DNA of 64,000 bases from Candidatus Aldehydirespiratoraceae bacterium (lineage in GTDB: Bacteria > Actinomycetota > Acidimicrobiia > Acidimicrobiales > Aldehydirespiratoraceae). The stretch's first letter is position 1. Each line of letters starts with the position of its first letter. Shown piece after piece: positions 13,451 to 22,570 of this stretch. The DNA lies in assembly GCA_965214565.1 (NCBI GenBank), contig OZ243951.1:2579166-2643165 (forward strand), given 5' to 3'. The notes below the pieces were generated by a model. That model made no database searches. It was not told the DNA's origin and saw only the letters and a list, made by a program, of their open reading frames with translations. A program made the translations under genes and the position numbers.

Positions 13451-14349
13451 CCATTCCGCCACCGGCGGAGATTCGACGCATCGTCTACTTGGGCACGCCC
13501 GCCACCGCGGTGCCGCCCCTGCGCGCGCTGTGCCGCGTCGGCTACGAGATACCCCTGGTCGTCTCGCGCCCCGACACCCGAAGGGGACGTGGCGCATCCT
13601 TTGAACCGAGCCCGGTGAAAGCGGCGGCGCTCAATCTTGGTCTGGACGTCAGCGACGACATCGAGGACCTGTCAGAGGTCGGCGCCGACCTCGGCGTGGT
13701 GGTTGCGTACGGTGAGATCATCCCAGCAGCGCTCCTCGAAGAGTTGGCGATGCTCAACCTTCATTTCTCGTTGCTGCCGCGTTGGCGTGGAGCCGCACCG
13801 ATAGAGCGGGCGTTGCTTGCAGGCGACGAAGTCACGGGCGTGTCCTTGATGGCCCTTGAGGAGGGCCTCGACACCGGTGCCGTCTTTAAGGTGGCTGAGA
13901 CGCCGATCGACCCCGACGAGGATTGCAACACCCTGAGAGACCGGCTTGTAGACCTTGGAACCGAACTATTGATCGAGTCGCTTTCAGAGGGGCTCGGCCG
14001 GCCGCAGCCGCAGCTCGGCGATCCGCTCTACGCCGCAAAGATCTCCGCTGAGGACCGCCATATCGACTGGACCCGACCGGCCGTCGAGATCCACCGGCAG
14101 GTGCGTGTCGGTGGCGCTTGGACCAGCTTTCGTGACCAGCGTTTCAAGATCTGGCGTACCGCACCGGTAGATGCCCCGGTCACCGGCGTGCCAATCGACG
14201 CTCCAGCCGGATCGATCAGCGGGCAGTTCGTGGCAACGGGCGAGGGGCTGATCGAGTTGCTTGAAGTACAGGCCCAGGGTCGCACACGTCAAGTTGCATC
14301 CGCCTGGCGCAACGGAGCCAAGCTCACCCCCGAAGACCGGTTCGTCTGA
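13447..14349 (+). CDS. fmt: methionyl-tRNA formyltransferase
   Basis: VYLGTPATAVPPL; NLHFSLLPRWRGAAPIERALLAGD. Confidence 0.96.
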   Translation: MTIPPPAEIRRIVYLGTPATAVPPLRALCRVGYEIPLVVSRPDTRRGRGASFEPSPVKAAALNLGLDVSDDIEDLSEVGADLGVVVAYGEIIPAALLEELAMLNLHFSLLPRWRGAAPIERALLAGDEVTGVSLMALEEGLDTGAVFKVAETPIDPDEDCNTLRDRLVDLGTELLIESLSEGLGRPQPQLGDPLYAAKISAEDRHIDWTRPAVEIHRQVRVGGAWTSFRDQRFKIWRTAPVDAPVTGVPIDAPAGSISGQFVATGEGLIELLEVQAQGRTRQVASAWRNGAKLTPEDRFV

Positions 14350-14354
14350 GGCAC

Positions 14355-15512
14355 ATGACCGACTCTTTGCGATCCGCTGGGCCTCTGGTGTCCGCAGACG
14401 CCCGCCGGATCGCGATCGAAGTGGTGGTTCGCATCGAGTCGGAAGGCGCCTACGCCAACGTTCTGCTGCCGAGAATGCTGGCTAAGACAGAACTTGAAAC
14501 TCGCGACAGGGGATTGGTGACCGAGTTGGTCTACGGGTCCACTCGACGCAAGCGGGCTCTTGACCATGTCGTGGACCGCTTCCTCATGTCCGATCCACCT
14601 CCGATTGCGCGCGCCGCCCTCCGCGTCGGCGCACATCAGCTCATTGAGATGGGCACACCACCGCACGCCGCGGTGTCGACGACGGTACAGGCGACCCCGA
14701 AGAGGTTCCGCGGGCTCGTCAACGCCGTTCTGCGAAAGGTCGCGACCGCGGCTTCGGCTGGTATCGAATATCCGAGCCGGGCAGTCGCGTTGAGCTATCC
14801 GGACTGGATCGTGCGTCGCCTGATCGAGGAACTGGGTGAACAGCGAGCCCTGGATGCCCTGAGCGCGATGAACCTCCCGGCTCGTAGCCATCGTCGCGAG
14901 GACGGCTACATCCAGGACCAGAGTTCGCAGCAGGTCGCCGCCCTCGTTCCGGCGGCGCGCGGTGACCTGGTGCTGGACCTCTGCGCCGCCCCGGGCGGAA
15001 AGTCAACAGAGATTGCTGGCCGGGGAGCGTCGGTGGTCGCGGTGGATCTGCACCCCGGCCGCGCCGGCCTGATAGCAGGCAACGTCCACCGTCTGGGGTA
15101 CCGCGGTCAGCTTGAGGACAATGGTGTGGCGGTCGTTGTAGCTGACGGCACTGCACCGCCGTTTCCGCCCGGCACGTTTGACGCTGTGCTGGTCGACGCG
15201 CCGTGTTCGGGTCTGGGCGCGCTGCGTCGTCGCCCGGACGCCCGTTGGCGGATCAAACCCACCGATATCGGCGTCCTGGCAGCTCTGCAGCAAAGGCTGT
15301 TGGAGAGCGCTGCGCCGCTGGTGGCACCGGGAGGAACGCTAGTCTACAGCGTCTGCACACTCAGTTTCGCAGAGACCAACGAGGTTGTCACCGCGACCGG
15401 CGCAGAGCTTGCTGCGCTCAGTTTCACCGAGCAGTCAAGCAGTCTGCTGGTGCCCACCGTCGACCGGGACGGCATGTTCTGGTCAGTCTGGAGCCGCGCG
15501 GGAGGCCACTAG
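14355..15512 (+). CDS. rsmB: 16S rRNA (cytosine-C5)-methyltransferase RsmB/Sun
   Basis: NusB-like N-terminus; DLCAAPGGKSTEIA; DAPCSGLGALRRRPDARWR; YSVCTL. Confidence 0.93.
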   Translation: MTDSLRSAGPLVSADARRIAIEVVVRIESEGAYANVLLPRMLAKTELETRDRGLVTELVYGSTRRKRALDHVVDRFLMSDPPPIARAALRVGAHQLIEMGTPPHAAVSTTVQATPKRFRGLVNAVLRKVATAASAGIEYPSRAVALSYPDWIVRRLIEELGEQRALDALSAMNLPARSHRREDGYIQDQSSQQVAALVPAARGDLVLDLCAAPGGKSTEIAGRGASVVAVDLHPGRAGLIAGNVHRLGYRGQLEDNGVAVVVADGTAPPFPPGTFDAVLVDAPCSGLGALRRRPDARWRIKPTDIGVLAALQQRLLESAAPLVAPGGTLVYSVCTLSFAETNEVVTATGAELAALSFTEQSSSLLVPTVDRDGMFWSVWSRAGGH

Positions 15513-15544
15513 CCCTGGTCGCGATGGTCACAACCTGTCACGCA

Positions 15545-15663
15545 CGCGGGCGCAGCCGATGGTTTGCGGGCCACGTCGAGACAGTGGTGAGCCGGGACAT
15601 CGCCGAACTCGGCGACATCCGGCGTGCCGCCATATTGCCGCAGATGCTGCGACTCGCTTCGCC
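15545..15663 (+). pseudogene. remnant of an AAA ATPase / DUF4143-type protein
   Basis: Intergenic in-frame fragment RGRSRWFAGHVETVVSRDIAELGDIRRAAILPQMLRLAS resembles the central segment of DUF4143 ATPases; no flanking domains. Confidence 0.55.
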
Positions 15664-15759
15664 CCGTCCTGAGCGTCCCCCGCCTGAGCGCGGAAGCGAA
15701 GGGTCGACGGTATATCCGCGCCTTACCACTCGTGGGTGTTGCGCGTATATCGTCGAGGC

Positions 15760-16320
15760 ATGGCCCACGACCACGGCGACGATTCCCCCCACGAGTACAG
15801 CAATGGCCACGATTTGCCGCATGGGGACGACACGGTTGAGGCGCCTCTTTTGGCGAAAGTTCTGACGGTCTCAGACGGTGTGGTGCACGGCACCCGCGAG
15901 GACCGCTCTGGAGAGGCTCTGCAGACTCGCCTTACCGCAGCGGGCTGGACCGTCGAGCAACGGACGGTGACCTCCGACGGTGAACGCCCCGTTGCCGAGA
16001 CCCTGACACGTCTGGCGCAGGACTTCCACGGCCTGATCGTCACCACGGGCGGCACAGGGTTCGGCCCCCGCGACCAGACCCCCGAAGGCACCCGGGCAGT
16101 GATCGACCGCGAGGCCCCGGGGTTGGCGGAGGTCATGCGACTGGTGAACCCACTCGGACGGTTGAGCCGTGGAGTGGCCGGAACCCTCGGCACCGCCCTG
16201 ATCCTCAACACTCCGGGATCATCGAAGGGATGCATTGAGACTCTAGAAGCGGTACTTGACGTGCTCCCCCACGCGGTCCGGCTGCTGGTCGACAACGCCG
16301 ATCCCCACCCTCACAGCTAG
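15760..16320 (+). CDS. MogA/MoaB-family molybdenum cofactor biosynthesis protein
   Basis: AKVLTVSDGVVHGTREDRSGEAL; GLIVTTGGTGFGPRDQTPEGTRAV; His/Asp-rich N-terminus. Confidence 0.88.
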   Translation: MAHDHGDDSPHEYSNGHDLPHGDDTVEAPLLAKVLTVSDGVVHGTREDRSGEALQTRLTAAGWTVEQRTVTSDGERPVAETLTRLAQDFHGLIVTTGGTGFGPRDQTPEGTRAVIDREAPGLAEVMRLVNPLGRLSRGVAGTLGTALILNTPGSSKGCIETLEAVLDVLPHAVRLLVDNADPHPHS

Positions 16321-16325
16321 CGGGG

Positions 16326-17345
16326 TTGTGTGTGAACCTCGACGAGCACTACATGGGGCTCGCGATCGAAGCGGCTCGACAGGCTCGGCATCGAAGCTCC
16401 CCGAACCCGTGGGTCGGGGCGGTGCTGCTCCAGACCGACGGTACGGTCGTATCGGGTGCGACGAAGCCGCCCGGAGGAGCCCACGCCGAGGTTGTGGCCC
16501 TCACCGAAGCGTCGCAGACACGGGGCGCGACCCTCTACAGCACGCTTGAACCCTGCAACCACAGTGGCCGAACCGGTCCCTGTACGGAGGCATTGATCGA
16601 AGCGGGGGTCACCCGGGTCGTCGGGGCGATCGAAGATCCGGACCTGTTGGTCGCAGGCCGCGGCTTCGAGCGCCTCCGTCAGGCTGGCATCGAAGTCACC
16701 GTCGGTGTGCGCGCCGCGGAGGTCAATGCACAGCTGCGGCCGTACCTGCACCATCGTCGAACCAACCGGCCGTGGGTGGTGCTGAAACTGGCGGTAACCC
16801 TCGACGGCCGCACAGCCGCGCCCGACTCAACGTCTAAGTGGATCACCGGAAGGGCCGCACGGACCGATGTTCACCACCTGAGAGCAGTCTCTGACGCCAT
16901 TGTGGTGGGTGCGGGTACTGTCTGCAGCGACGATCCGTCGTTGAGGGTGCGCCACTGGCCCGGAGACGACCGAACCGTTGACCCCCGAGAGGTTGTGAGC
17001 CCTAGCCGGGTGGTTCTCGGTGCGGTCCCGGCCGACGCCAAGATCCACCCCTGTCTCGAATGGGACGGAGGACTCGAGGAACTGCTGTTGCACCTAGGTG
17101 GCGTCGGAGTGGTGCAGTTGATGGTGGAGGGCGGCCCGACTGTGGCGCACTCCTTCCACAGCGCAGGTTTGGTCGACCAATACGTCGTCTACCTAGCGGC
17201 GGCGGTCATGGGCGGCGACGACGGAGCCCCGCTTCTGCGCGGGCCCGGTGCCACGACCATCGACGAGGTCTGGCGCGGCAGGATTGAAGAAGTTCGGAAA
17301 CTGGAAGACGACCTGAGGATCGATGTCGTGAAAAACCCCTCCTAG
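16326..17345 (+). CDS. ribD: bifunctional diaminohydroxyphosphoribosylaminopyrimidine deaminase / reductase
   Basis: GAHAEVVAL; TLEPCNHSGRTGPC; SKWITGRAARTDVHHLR. Confidence 0.94.
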   Translation: MCVNLDEHYMGLAIEAARQARHRSSPNPWVGAVLLQTDGTVVSGATKPPGGAHAEVVALTEASQTRGATLYSTLEPCNHSGRTGPCTEALIEAGVTRVVGAIEDPDLLVAGRGFERLRQAGIEVTVGVRAAEVNAQLRPYLHHRRTNRPWVVLKLAVTLDGRTAAPDSTSKWITGRAARTDVHHLRAVSDAIVVGAGTVCSDDPSLRVRHWPGDDRTVDPREVVSPSRVVLGAVPADAKIHPCLEWDGGLEELLLHLGGVGVVQLMVEGGPTVAHSFHSAGLVDQYVVYLAAAVMGGDDGAPLLRGPGATTIDEVWRGRIEEVRKLEDDLRIDVVKNPS

Positions 17346-17371
17346 TTGCACAGCGCGGCGCTACCCTCGGC

Positions 17372-18250
17372 GTGGTGTTGAAACTGGTCATCCCCAAAGG
17401 GTCGCTCGAGAAAGCGACGTTGGAACTCTTCGAAGCGGCTGATCTGACTGTCGAGCGCGCTTCGTCTGTCGCCTACAAGGGGTCGATTGCTGATCCTCGT
17501 ATCGATTCGGTTCGTATTCTGCGTCCCCAGGAGATTCCGGGATATGTCGCGGACGGACTGTTCGATCTTGGGATTACCGGTCGAGACTGGATCGAGGAGA
17601 CCAACAGCGACGTCGAGAGCCTTGGAGAACTCAAGTATTCCAAGGCGACTTCGCGTCCGATTCAGATTGTGCTGGCAGTTCCCCAGGGGTCGCCCTGGGA
17701 GTCAGTCACGGATCTTCCTGACGGCGTCAGAGTCTCCACAGAGTATCCCGAGATCACCCGGCGGTTCTTTGAAGAGGCCGGGATCGATGCCGACATCCGT
17801 CTCAGCTACGGAGCGACTGAGGCGAAGGTCCCCGACATCGTCGACCTGGTCGTCGACATCACAGAGACGGGACGGGCGTTGCGCGCCGCGGGCCTGCGAA
17901 TTATCGAAACGCTTTGCACCTCCTACACCGAACTGATCGCCAACCCCGCATCGTTCGCCGACCCGGCCAAGGCGCACGCAATGCGTCAGGTCAACACGCT
18001 GCTGCAGGGTGTGCTCGAGGCGCGGGGCAAGGTGCTGGTCAAGATGAACGTGCCGGCAGAGCGCCTTGATGAAGTGATTGAGCTGCTTCCCTCCATGAAG
18101 TCCCCCACGGTCAACGAGCTCTTTCGAGGCGCGGGATATGCGGTTGAGACCGTTGTGGCCAAGTCTGAGATCAACATCTTGATCCCGGCACTGCGTGATC
18201 ATGGGGCGAGCGACATCGTCGAGCTGCCGATCGCCAAGATCGTTGCCTGA
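17372..18250 (+). CDS. hisG: ATP phosphoribosyltransferase (long form, with C-terminal regulatory domain)
   Basis: LVIPKGSLEKATLELF; GLFDLGITGRDWIEE; 292 aa. Confidence 0.95.
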   Translation: MVLKLVIPKGSLEKATLELFEAADLTVERASSVAYKGSIADPRIDSVRILRPQEIPGYVADGLFDLGITGRDWIEETNSDVESLGELKYSKATSRPIQIVLAVPQGSPWESVTDLPDGVRVSTEYPEITRRFFEEAGIDADIRLSYGATEAKVPDIVDLVVDITETGRALRAAGLRIIETLCTSYTELIANPASFADPAKAHAMRQVNTLLQGVLEARGKVLVKMNVPAERLDEVIELLPSMKSPTVNELFRGAGYAVETVVAKSEINILIPALRDHGASDIVELPIAKIVA

Positions 18251-18264
18251 ACCCCGGACGATTC

Positions 18265-18729
18265 TCAGTCGGAACCGGCCCCAGCCCGGCCCTTGATCTG
18301 CACGAACGCCATGCGGACCTGGTCGAGAGCATGGGACACTGCTGCTTCGTCGTCGCCGAGCCGCCCCGACAGACCGTCGACGAGGGCGCTCAAAGCGTCG
18401 ATGGCCACTGTCGCCTCAGCAAAGTTGGGGTTCTGCGCTGAGAGATGGAGCGCCGCCAGCTCGTACAGACCCATGGCGTGGTTTGCGACGATTGTGGCGG
18501 CGGGAGTGTTGATAAGCCGTTCGCGGGCCTCGGCCATCTCCTTGACCATCTCCTCGGCTGTCGCCCGCTCGGTGGGACTCAGATCGTCGAGGCTCATTCC
18601 CTCCGGTAGGGCGGCTGCTATCTCGTCATCGAGGCTCTTGTCTGGTGTCGGCACAGCACCGTCAGCGGGATCGGATGGTGTCGGGCGATCTACGGGGTGT
18701 TCCCCGCCGGGTGTCCACAAAGAACTCAT
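18265..18729 (-). CDS. DUF1844-family protein
   Basis: NHAMGLYELAALHLSAQNPNFAEATVAIDALSALVDGL; commonly adjacent to infC in actinobacteria. Confidence 0.8.
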   Translation of the reverse strand: MSSLWTPGGEHPVDRPTPSDPADGAVPTPDKSLDDEIAAALPEGMSLDDLSPTERATAEEMVKEMAEARERLINTPAATIVANHAMGLYELAALHLSAQNPNFAEATVAIDALSALVDGLSGRLGDDEAAVSHALDQVRMAFVQIKGRAGAGSD

Positions 18730-18938
18730 GCTGATACGCTATCGCTGACAATTCCAACACCGAAGTGGGGGAATCCCGAAGGGAGCCTCCCCACCTGGCC
18801 ACAGATCGTCGGTTTCGGCGGTCACCGTGCGTCCAGGTCGACGAATCGGCAACGCTCCGAGTGGGTGTGATCGTGGATGTCGACATTCCGGTATCCACTA
18901 CACGACGGAGGTTTCGTGCTCACGAGGAGTCCAGGGCG

Positions 18939-19553
18939 ATAGCACCGCCAAACAACGAGCCAAGGATCAACGAACGGATCCGAGCCAGAGAAGTCCGACT
19001 TGTCGGGCAGGACGGCGAGCAGATTGGCATAACATCACTATCCGAAGCGCGCAACATCGCTCAAGCCGCAGATCTCGACTTAGTCGAGGTGGCGGAGCAG
19101 GCCAACCCCCCGGTCTGCCGGATCATGGATTACGGCAAATGGCGATACGAAGCCGACCAGCGGGCCAAAGAATCCAAGAAGAAGTCTTCCAACCTAACGG
19201 TCAAGGAGATGAAGTACCGACCCAAGATCGGGCCCGGCGACTTCGACACCAAGACCCGCAAGGTGGCCGAGTTCCTCGGCGGAGGGCATAAGGTCAAGGT
19301 CACGATCATGTTCCGAGGTCGAGAGATGCAGCATCCCGAACTGGGTCGCCAGATTCTTGATCGGGTGTCCGACGCTGTGGCCCATGTCGGCAAGGTTGAG
19401 TTCCATCCTCGCCAGGACGGCCGCAACATGGTGATGGTGTTGGCCCCCGACAAACGGGCCCAAGCTCGTCATGAGAAACAGAAACGCAGAGAGGTGGAGG
19501 ACTCGGCCGCAGTGACCGAGCCGGATACCGCACAGCAAACACCAACCGAGTGA
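18939..19553 (+). CDS. infC: translation initiation factor IF-3 (probable AUA start; the ORF itself is open from 18765)
   Basis: APPNNEPRINERIRAREVRLVGQDGEQIGI...RIMDYGKWRYE; homology begins at the ATA codon, preceded by GAGGAG. Confidence 0.93.
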   Translation: MAPPNNEPRINERIRAREVRLVGQDGEQIGITSLSEARNIAQAADLDLVEVAEQANPPVCRIMDYGKWRYEADQRAKESKKKSSNLTVKEMKYRPKIGPGDFDTKTRKVAEFLGGGHKVKVTIMFRGREMQHPELGRQILDRVSDAVAHVGKVEFHPRQDGRNMVMVLAPDKRAQARHEKQKRREVEDSAAVTEPDTAQQTPTE

Positions 19554-19625
19554 TCTGTCGGCGGCAGCACCGCCGGGGATCGTCCAAATCCATAGAACCG
19601 AGAATCACAGAGAACCGAGTATCAA

Positions 19626-19817
19626 ATGCCCAAGATGAAGACGCACAAGGGTGCACAGGCCCGCTTCAAGCGCACCGGCTCAGGCAAGCTGAAGCGTCGC
19701 AGCCAGAACAAGAACCACATCCTCGAGAAGAAGTCCCCGAAGCGCAAACGCCAGCTTCGCAGGCCGGCTTCGGTGTCTCCAGCTGACGAGCCGCGCATCC
19801 GCGACCTCGGCATCTGA
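19626..19817 (+). CDS. rpmI: 50S ribosomal protein L35
   Basis: [45 protein letters not shown]. Confidence 0.98.
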   Translation: MPKMKTHKGAQARFKRTGSGKLKRRSQNKNHILEKKSPKRKRQLRRPASVSPADEPRIRDLGI

Positions 19818-19891
19818 AGCGCGACCACTGAAGCCGCGTCCACCGGGCCGCATCCAACGAATCCGCCTAGAACAGGGAAAGGGAGCACACA

Positions 19892-20254
19892 ATGGCAAGA
19901 GCTAAACGCGCCGTACATTCCAAGAAACACCGCCGGGTCGTCCTTGAACGGGCAAAAGGCCATTACGGCAACCGTTCGCGCAGTTTCAAGTCAGCGAACG
20001 AGTCGGTCATGCACGCGGGCAACTACGCGTTTCGTGACCGCCGTGCTCGCAAGGGCCAGTTCCGCAAGCTGTGGATTCAGCGAATCAACGCGGCCTGCCG
20101 TGAGAACGGCACCTCCTACAGCCGCTTCATCGCAGGTCTGAAGGCCGCGGAGATAGAGGTTGACCGCAAAATGCTGTCAGAGACCGCGATCCACGATCCC
20201 GCCACGTTCACGGTGCTCGTCGAGACGGCCAATGGAGCGCTGGCCGACGCCTGA
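19892..20254 (+). CDS. rplT: 50S ribosomal protein L20
   Basis: MARAKRAVHSKKHRRVVLERAKGHYGNRSRSFKSANESVMHAGNYAFRDRRARKGQFRKLWIQRINAA. Confidence 0.98.
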   Translation: MARAKRAVHSKKHRRVVLERAKGHYGNRSRSFKSANESVMHAGNYAFRDRRARKGQFRKLWIQRINAACRENGTSYSRFIAGLKAAEIEVDRKMLSETAIHDPATFTVLVETANGALADA

Positions 20255-20295
20255 GCGCGGTTCGGATCAGACAAGCGAGCGACACCCCGCTCAGA

Positions 20296-21099
20296 ATGGA
20301 CCGAGACCCCGTCAAGGGTCCGAACAATCGCCGAGTCGTGGAACTGCGGCGTCTCATCGACCGGCCGGGCGCCAACCCCGCCGAGACTGTGCTTGAAGGG
20401 GAGCGGACAATAGGAGAGGCGCTCGACGCTGGAATACGCCTGACCACGGTCGTGGTCCCGGAACGCGGGATCGAAGGCTTCGACAGATCTTCGTTGCGTC
20501 CGCGCCTCGACGACTCCGTTGAGGTTCTGGTGGTTCGGGACAAGGCTTTCGAGCGGTTGGCTCCGTCGGTGACGCCTCAGCCGATGTTGGCGGTGATCGA
20601 ACGCCCGGTAGCTCGGATCCCGCCCGACTTCGGCGTCGACGACTTCGCACTGGTGCTCGTCGGAGTTGCTGACCCGGGCAATGTCGGCACGCTCATCAGG
20701 GTCGCCGACGCGACAGGCGCGGTTTGCGTGGTGGAGGTCGGCGGCGCGGACCCGTGGCGCCCTAAGGCTGTTCGTGCCTCGGCAGGTTCGGTGCTGCGAG
20801 TCCCTGTGGTGAGCGGATACGACGTGCATGAGACGTTGCGTCGGCTCCGTGGCGCTGGGGCCAAGATCGTCGCTACCGACGTGCGTGAGGGACTGCGCCA
20901 CGACAGCGGCGTGCTCAAAGGGCCGTTGGCGATAGTGCTCGGCTCGGAGTCCGGCGGCCTAGACCGTTCCATCGATCCGCTGGTCGATGTGCAGGTTCGC
21001 ATAGACATGCCCGGCAACGCTGAATCACTCAACGTGGCGATGGCGGGCACGTTGCTGGCCTTCGAGGCCAGCAAGAATCAGCAAGTTCGTGAGCAGTAG
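20296..21099 (+). CDS. TrmH-family RNA methyltransferase
   Basis: LVLVGVADPGNVGTLIRVADATGA; IVLGSESGGLD; SLNVAMAGTLLAFEA. Confidence 0.9.
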   Translation: MDRDPVKGPNNRRVVELRRLIDRPGANPAETVLEGERTIGEALDAGIRLTTVVVPERGIEGFDRSSLRPRLDDSVEVLVVRDKAFERLAPSVTPQPMLAVIERPVARIPPDFGVDDFALVLVGVADPGNVGTLIRVADATGAVCVVEVGGADPWRPKAVRASAGSVLRVPVVSGYDVHETLRRLRGAGAKIVATDVREGLRHDSGVLKGPLAIVLGSESGGLDRSIDPLVDVQVRIDMPGNAESLNVAMAGTLLAFEASKNQQVREQ

Positions 21100-21171
21100 G
21101 CAGCTCTCTTGGCGAAGAGACGTCGCTCTCTGCTCCTGTTCGTTTCGCGCGCTGGACCGCTGGGGCAGGGG

Positions 21172-21453
21172 CTACGAAGCCAGCAGGTCGGCGTCTTCGG
21201 GATGATCGCGGATGTAGGCAGCGGCGAATCCGCACAGGGGCAGGATTGTCCTGTTGTTGGCCCGCAGGTCGTCGAGCATGCCCCGCATCAGTTCGTCGGC
21301 CATCCCCCGGCCCCGCATCGACGGGTCCGTCTCCACATGGGGCACCACCAACGTTTTGCCGTCGATCCGGTAGTCGGCGATCGACACGATGCGGTCGTCG
21401 ACCACCAGTTCATAGCGTTGACGTATCGGATTGTCTCGAACTTCGAAGGTCAC
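21172..21453 (-). CDS. GNAT-family N-acetyltransferase, YjdJ-like
   Basis: FEVRDNPIRQRYELVVDDRIVSIADYRIDGKTLVVPHVETDPSMRGRGMADELMRGMLDDLRANNRTILPLCGFAAAYIRDHPE; GTG start 21453 assumed. Confidence 0.85.
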   Translation of the reverse strand: MTFEVRDNPIRQRYELVVDDRIVSIADYRIDGKTLVVPHVETDPSMRGRGMADELMRGMLDDLRANNRTILPLCGFAAAYIRDHPEDADLLAS

Positions 21454-21513
21454 GCAACGAAGTCTCCCAGATAATGGGAGCCAACGCGTCAACCCACCTC
21501 GTAACCTGTTCGG

Positions 21514-22515
21514 TTGATGATTGAGACGCTCCGCCAGACCGCCGCTGAGGCGCGGGCCCGACTGGCCGAAGTCGCCGACCTTAATGCGCTGGTGCAACTC
21601 GACGTCGAGTTCCTAGGCAAGAAGTCCGCGCTGACCCTCGCCAAACGGCAGCTCGGGTCGCTCGCTCCCGAACAGCGCAGAGCCACCGGCCAGGCGCTGA
21701 ACGAGATCCGCGCGGCGATCGAGGGTGCGGTCGGTGCTGCCCGGGAACGCCTGGAGCGGGCCGCGCTGAACGAGCAGCTCGAGGCTGAGAGGCTTGATCT
21801 CACCGAATTCCGCCGAACCGCACGACGCGGTTCGCTCCACCTCGTCACCCAGGCCCGCGACCGGCTCGAAGACGTCTTCGTCGGGATGGGATTCACAGTC
21901 GCCGAGGGCCCCGAAGTTGAATCTGCCTGGTACAACTTCGAGGCGCTCAACATTCCTGAGTGGCATCCGGCCCGCGGCAGTTTCGACACGATCTTCGTGA
22001 ACCTGGGAGAGCCTGAGGAGGTGATGCTCCGTTCGCATACCTCCCCGGTCCAGATCCGCACGATGGAGAATCAGAAGCCGCCCATCTACATTGTCGCACC
22101 GGGCAGGACGTTTCGGACCGACACTGCCGATGCGACCCACCTTCCGGCCTTCAACCAGATTGAGGGCCTGGTGGTAGACCGGGGGATCACCATGGGCGAT
22201 CTGGCGGGGACGATCGACGAGTTCGTGCACGCCTTCTTCGGTGGCGGCGTCAAGAGCCGACTGCGCCCCTCGTACTTCCCGTTCACCGAGCCGAGCGCAG
22301 AGTTCGACATCTCCCGCGCCGACGGAACATGGCTGGAATTGGGCGGGTGCGGCATGGTGCATCCCAACGTTCTGCGCAACTGCGGAATCGACCCCGAAGA
22401 ATGGCAGGGGTTCGCGTTCGGTTTCGGCATCGACCGCCTGGCAGTGATGCGCCACGAACTCGACGACATCCGTGAACTTGTAAACAACGACGTGCGGTTC
22501 TTGAGGCAGTTCTGA
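21514..22515 (+). CDS. pheS: phenylalanyl-tRNA synthetase alpha subunit
   Basis: HPARGSFDTIFV; RTFRTDTADATHLPAFNQIEGL; GFAFGFGIDRLAVMRH. Confidence 0.97.
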   Translation: MMIETLRQTAAEARARLAEVADLNALVQLDVEFLGKKSALTLAKRQLGSLAPEQRRATGQALNEIRAAIEGAVGAARERLERAALNEQLEAERLDLTEFRRTARRGSLHLVTQARDRLEDVFVGMGFTVAEGPEVESAWYNFEALNIPEWHPARGSFDTIFVNLGEPEEVMLRSHTSPVQIRTMENQKPPIYIVAPGRTFRTDTADATHLPAFNQIEGLVVDRGITMGDLAGTIDEFVHAFFGGGVKSRLRPSYFPFTEPSAEFDISRADGTWLELGGCGMVHPNVLRNCGIDPEEWQGFAFGFGIDRLAVMRHELDDIRELVNNDVRFLRQF

Positions 22516-22570
22516 TGAAGGTGACCCAATGAAGGTGATCCTATGAAAGTGACCCTATGAAAGTGACGTT
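22515..22570 (+). promoter_or_regulatory. 14-bp tandem repeat of the pheT translation initiation region forming three overlapping 5-codon mini-cistrons
   Basis: ATG at 22515, 22529, 22543 and 22557; ATGAAGGTGACCCA / ATGAAGGTGATCCT / ATGAAAGTGACCCT / ATGAAAGTGACG; each mini-ORF ends in ATGA over the next ATG. Confidence 0.85.
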
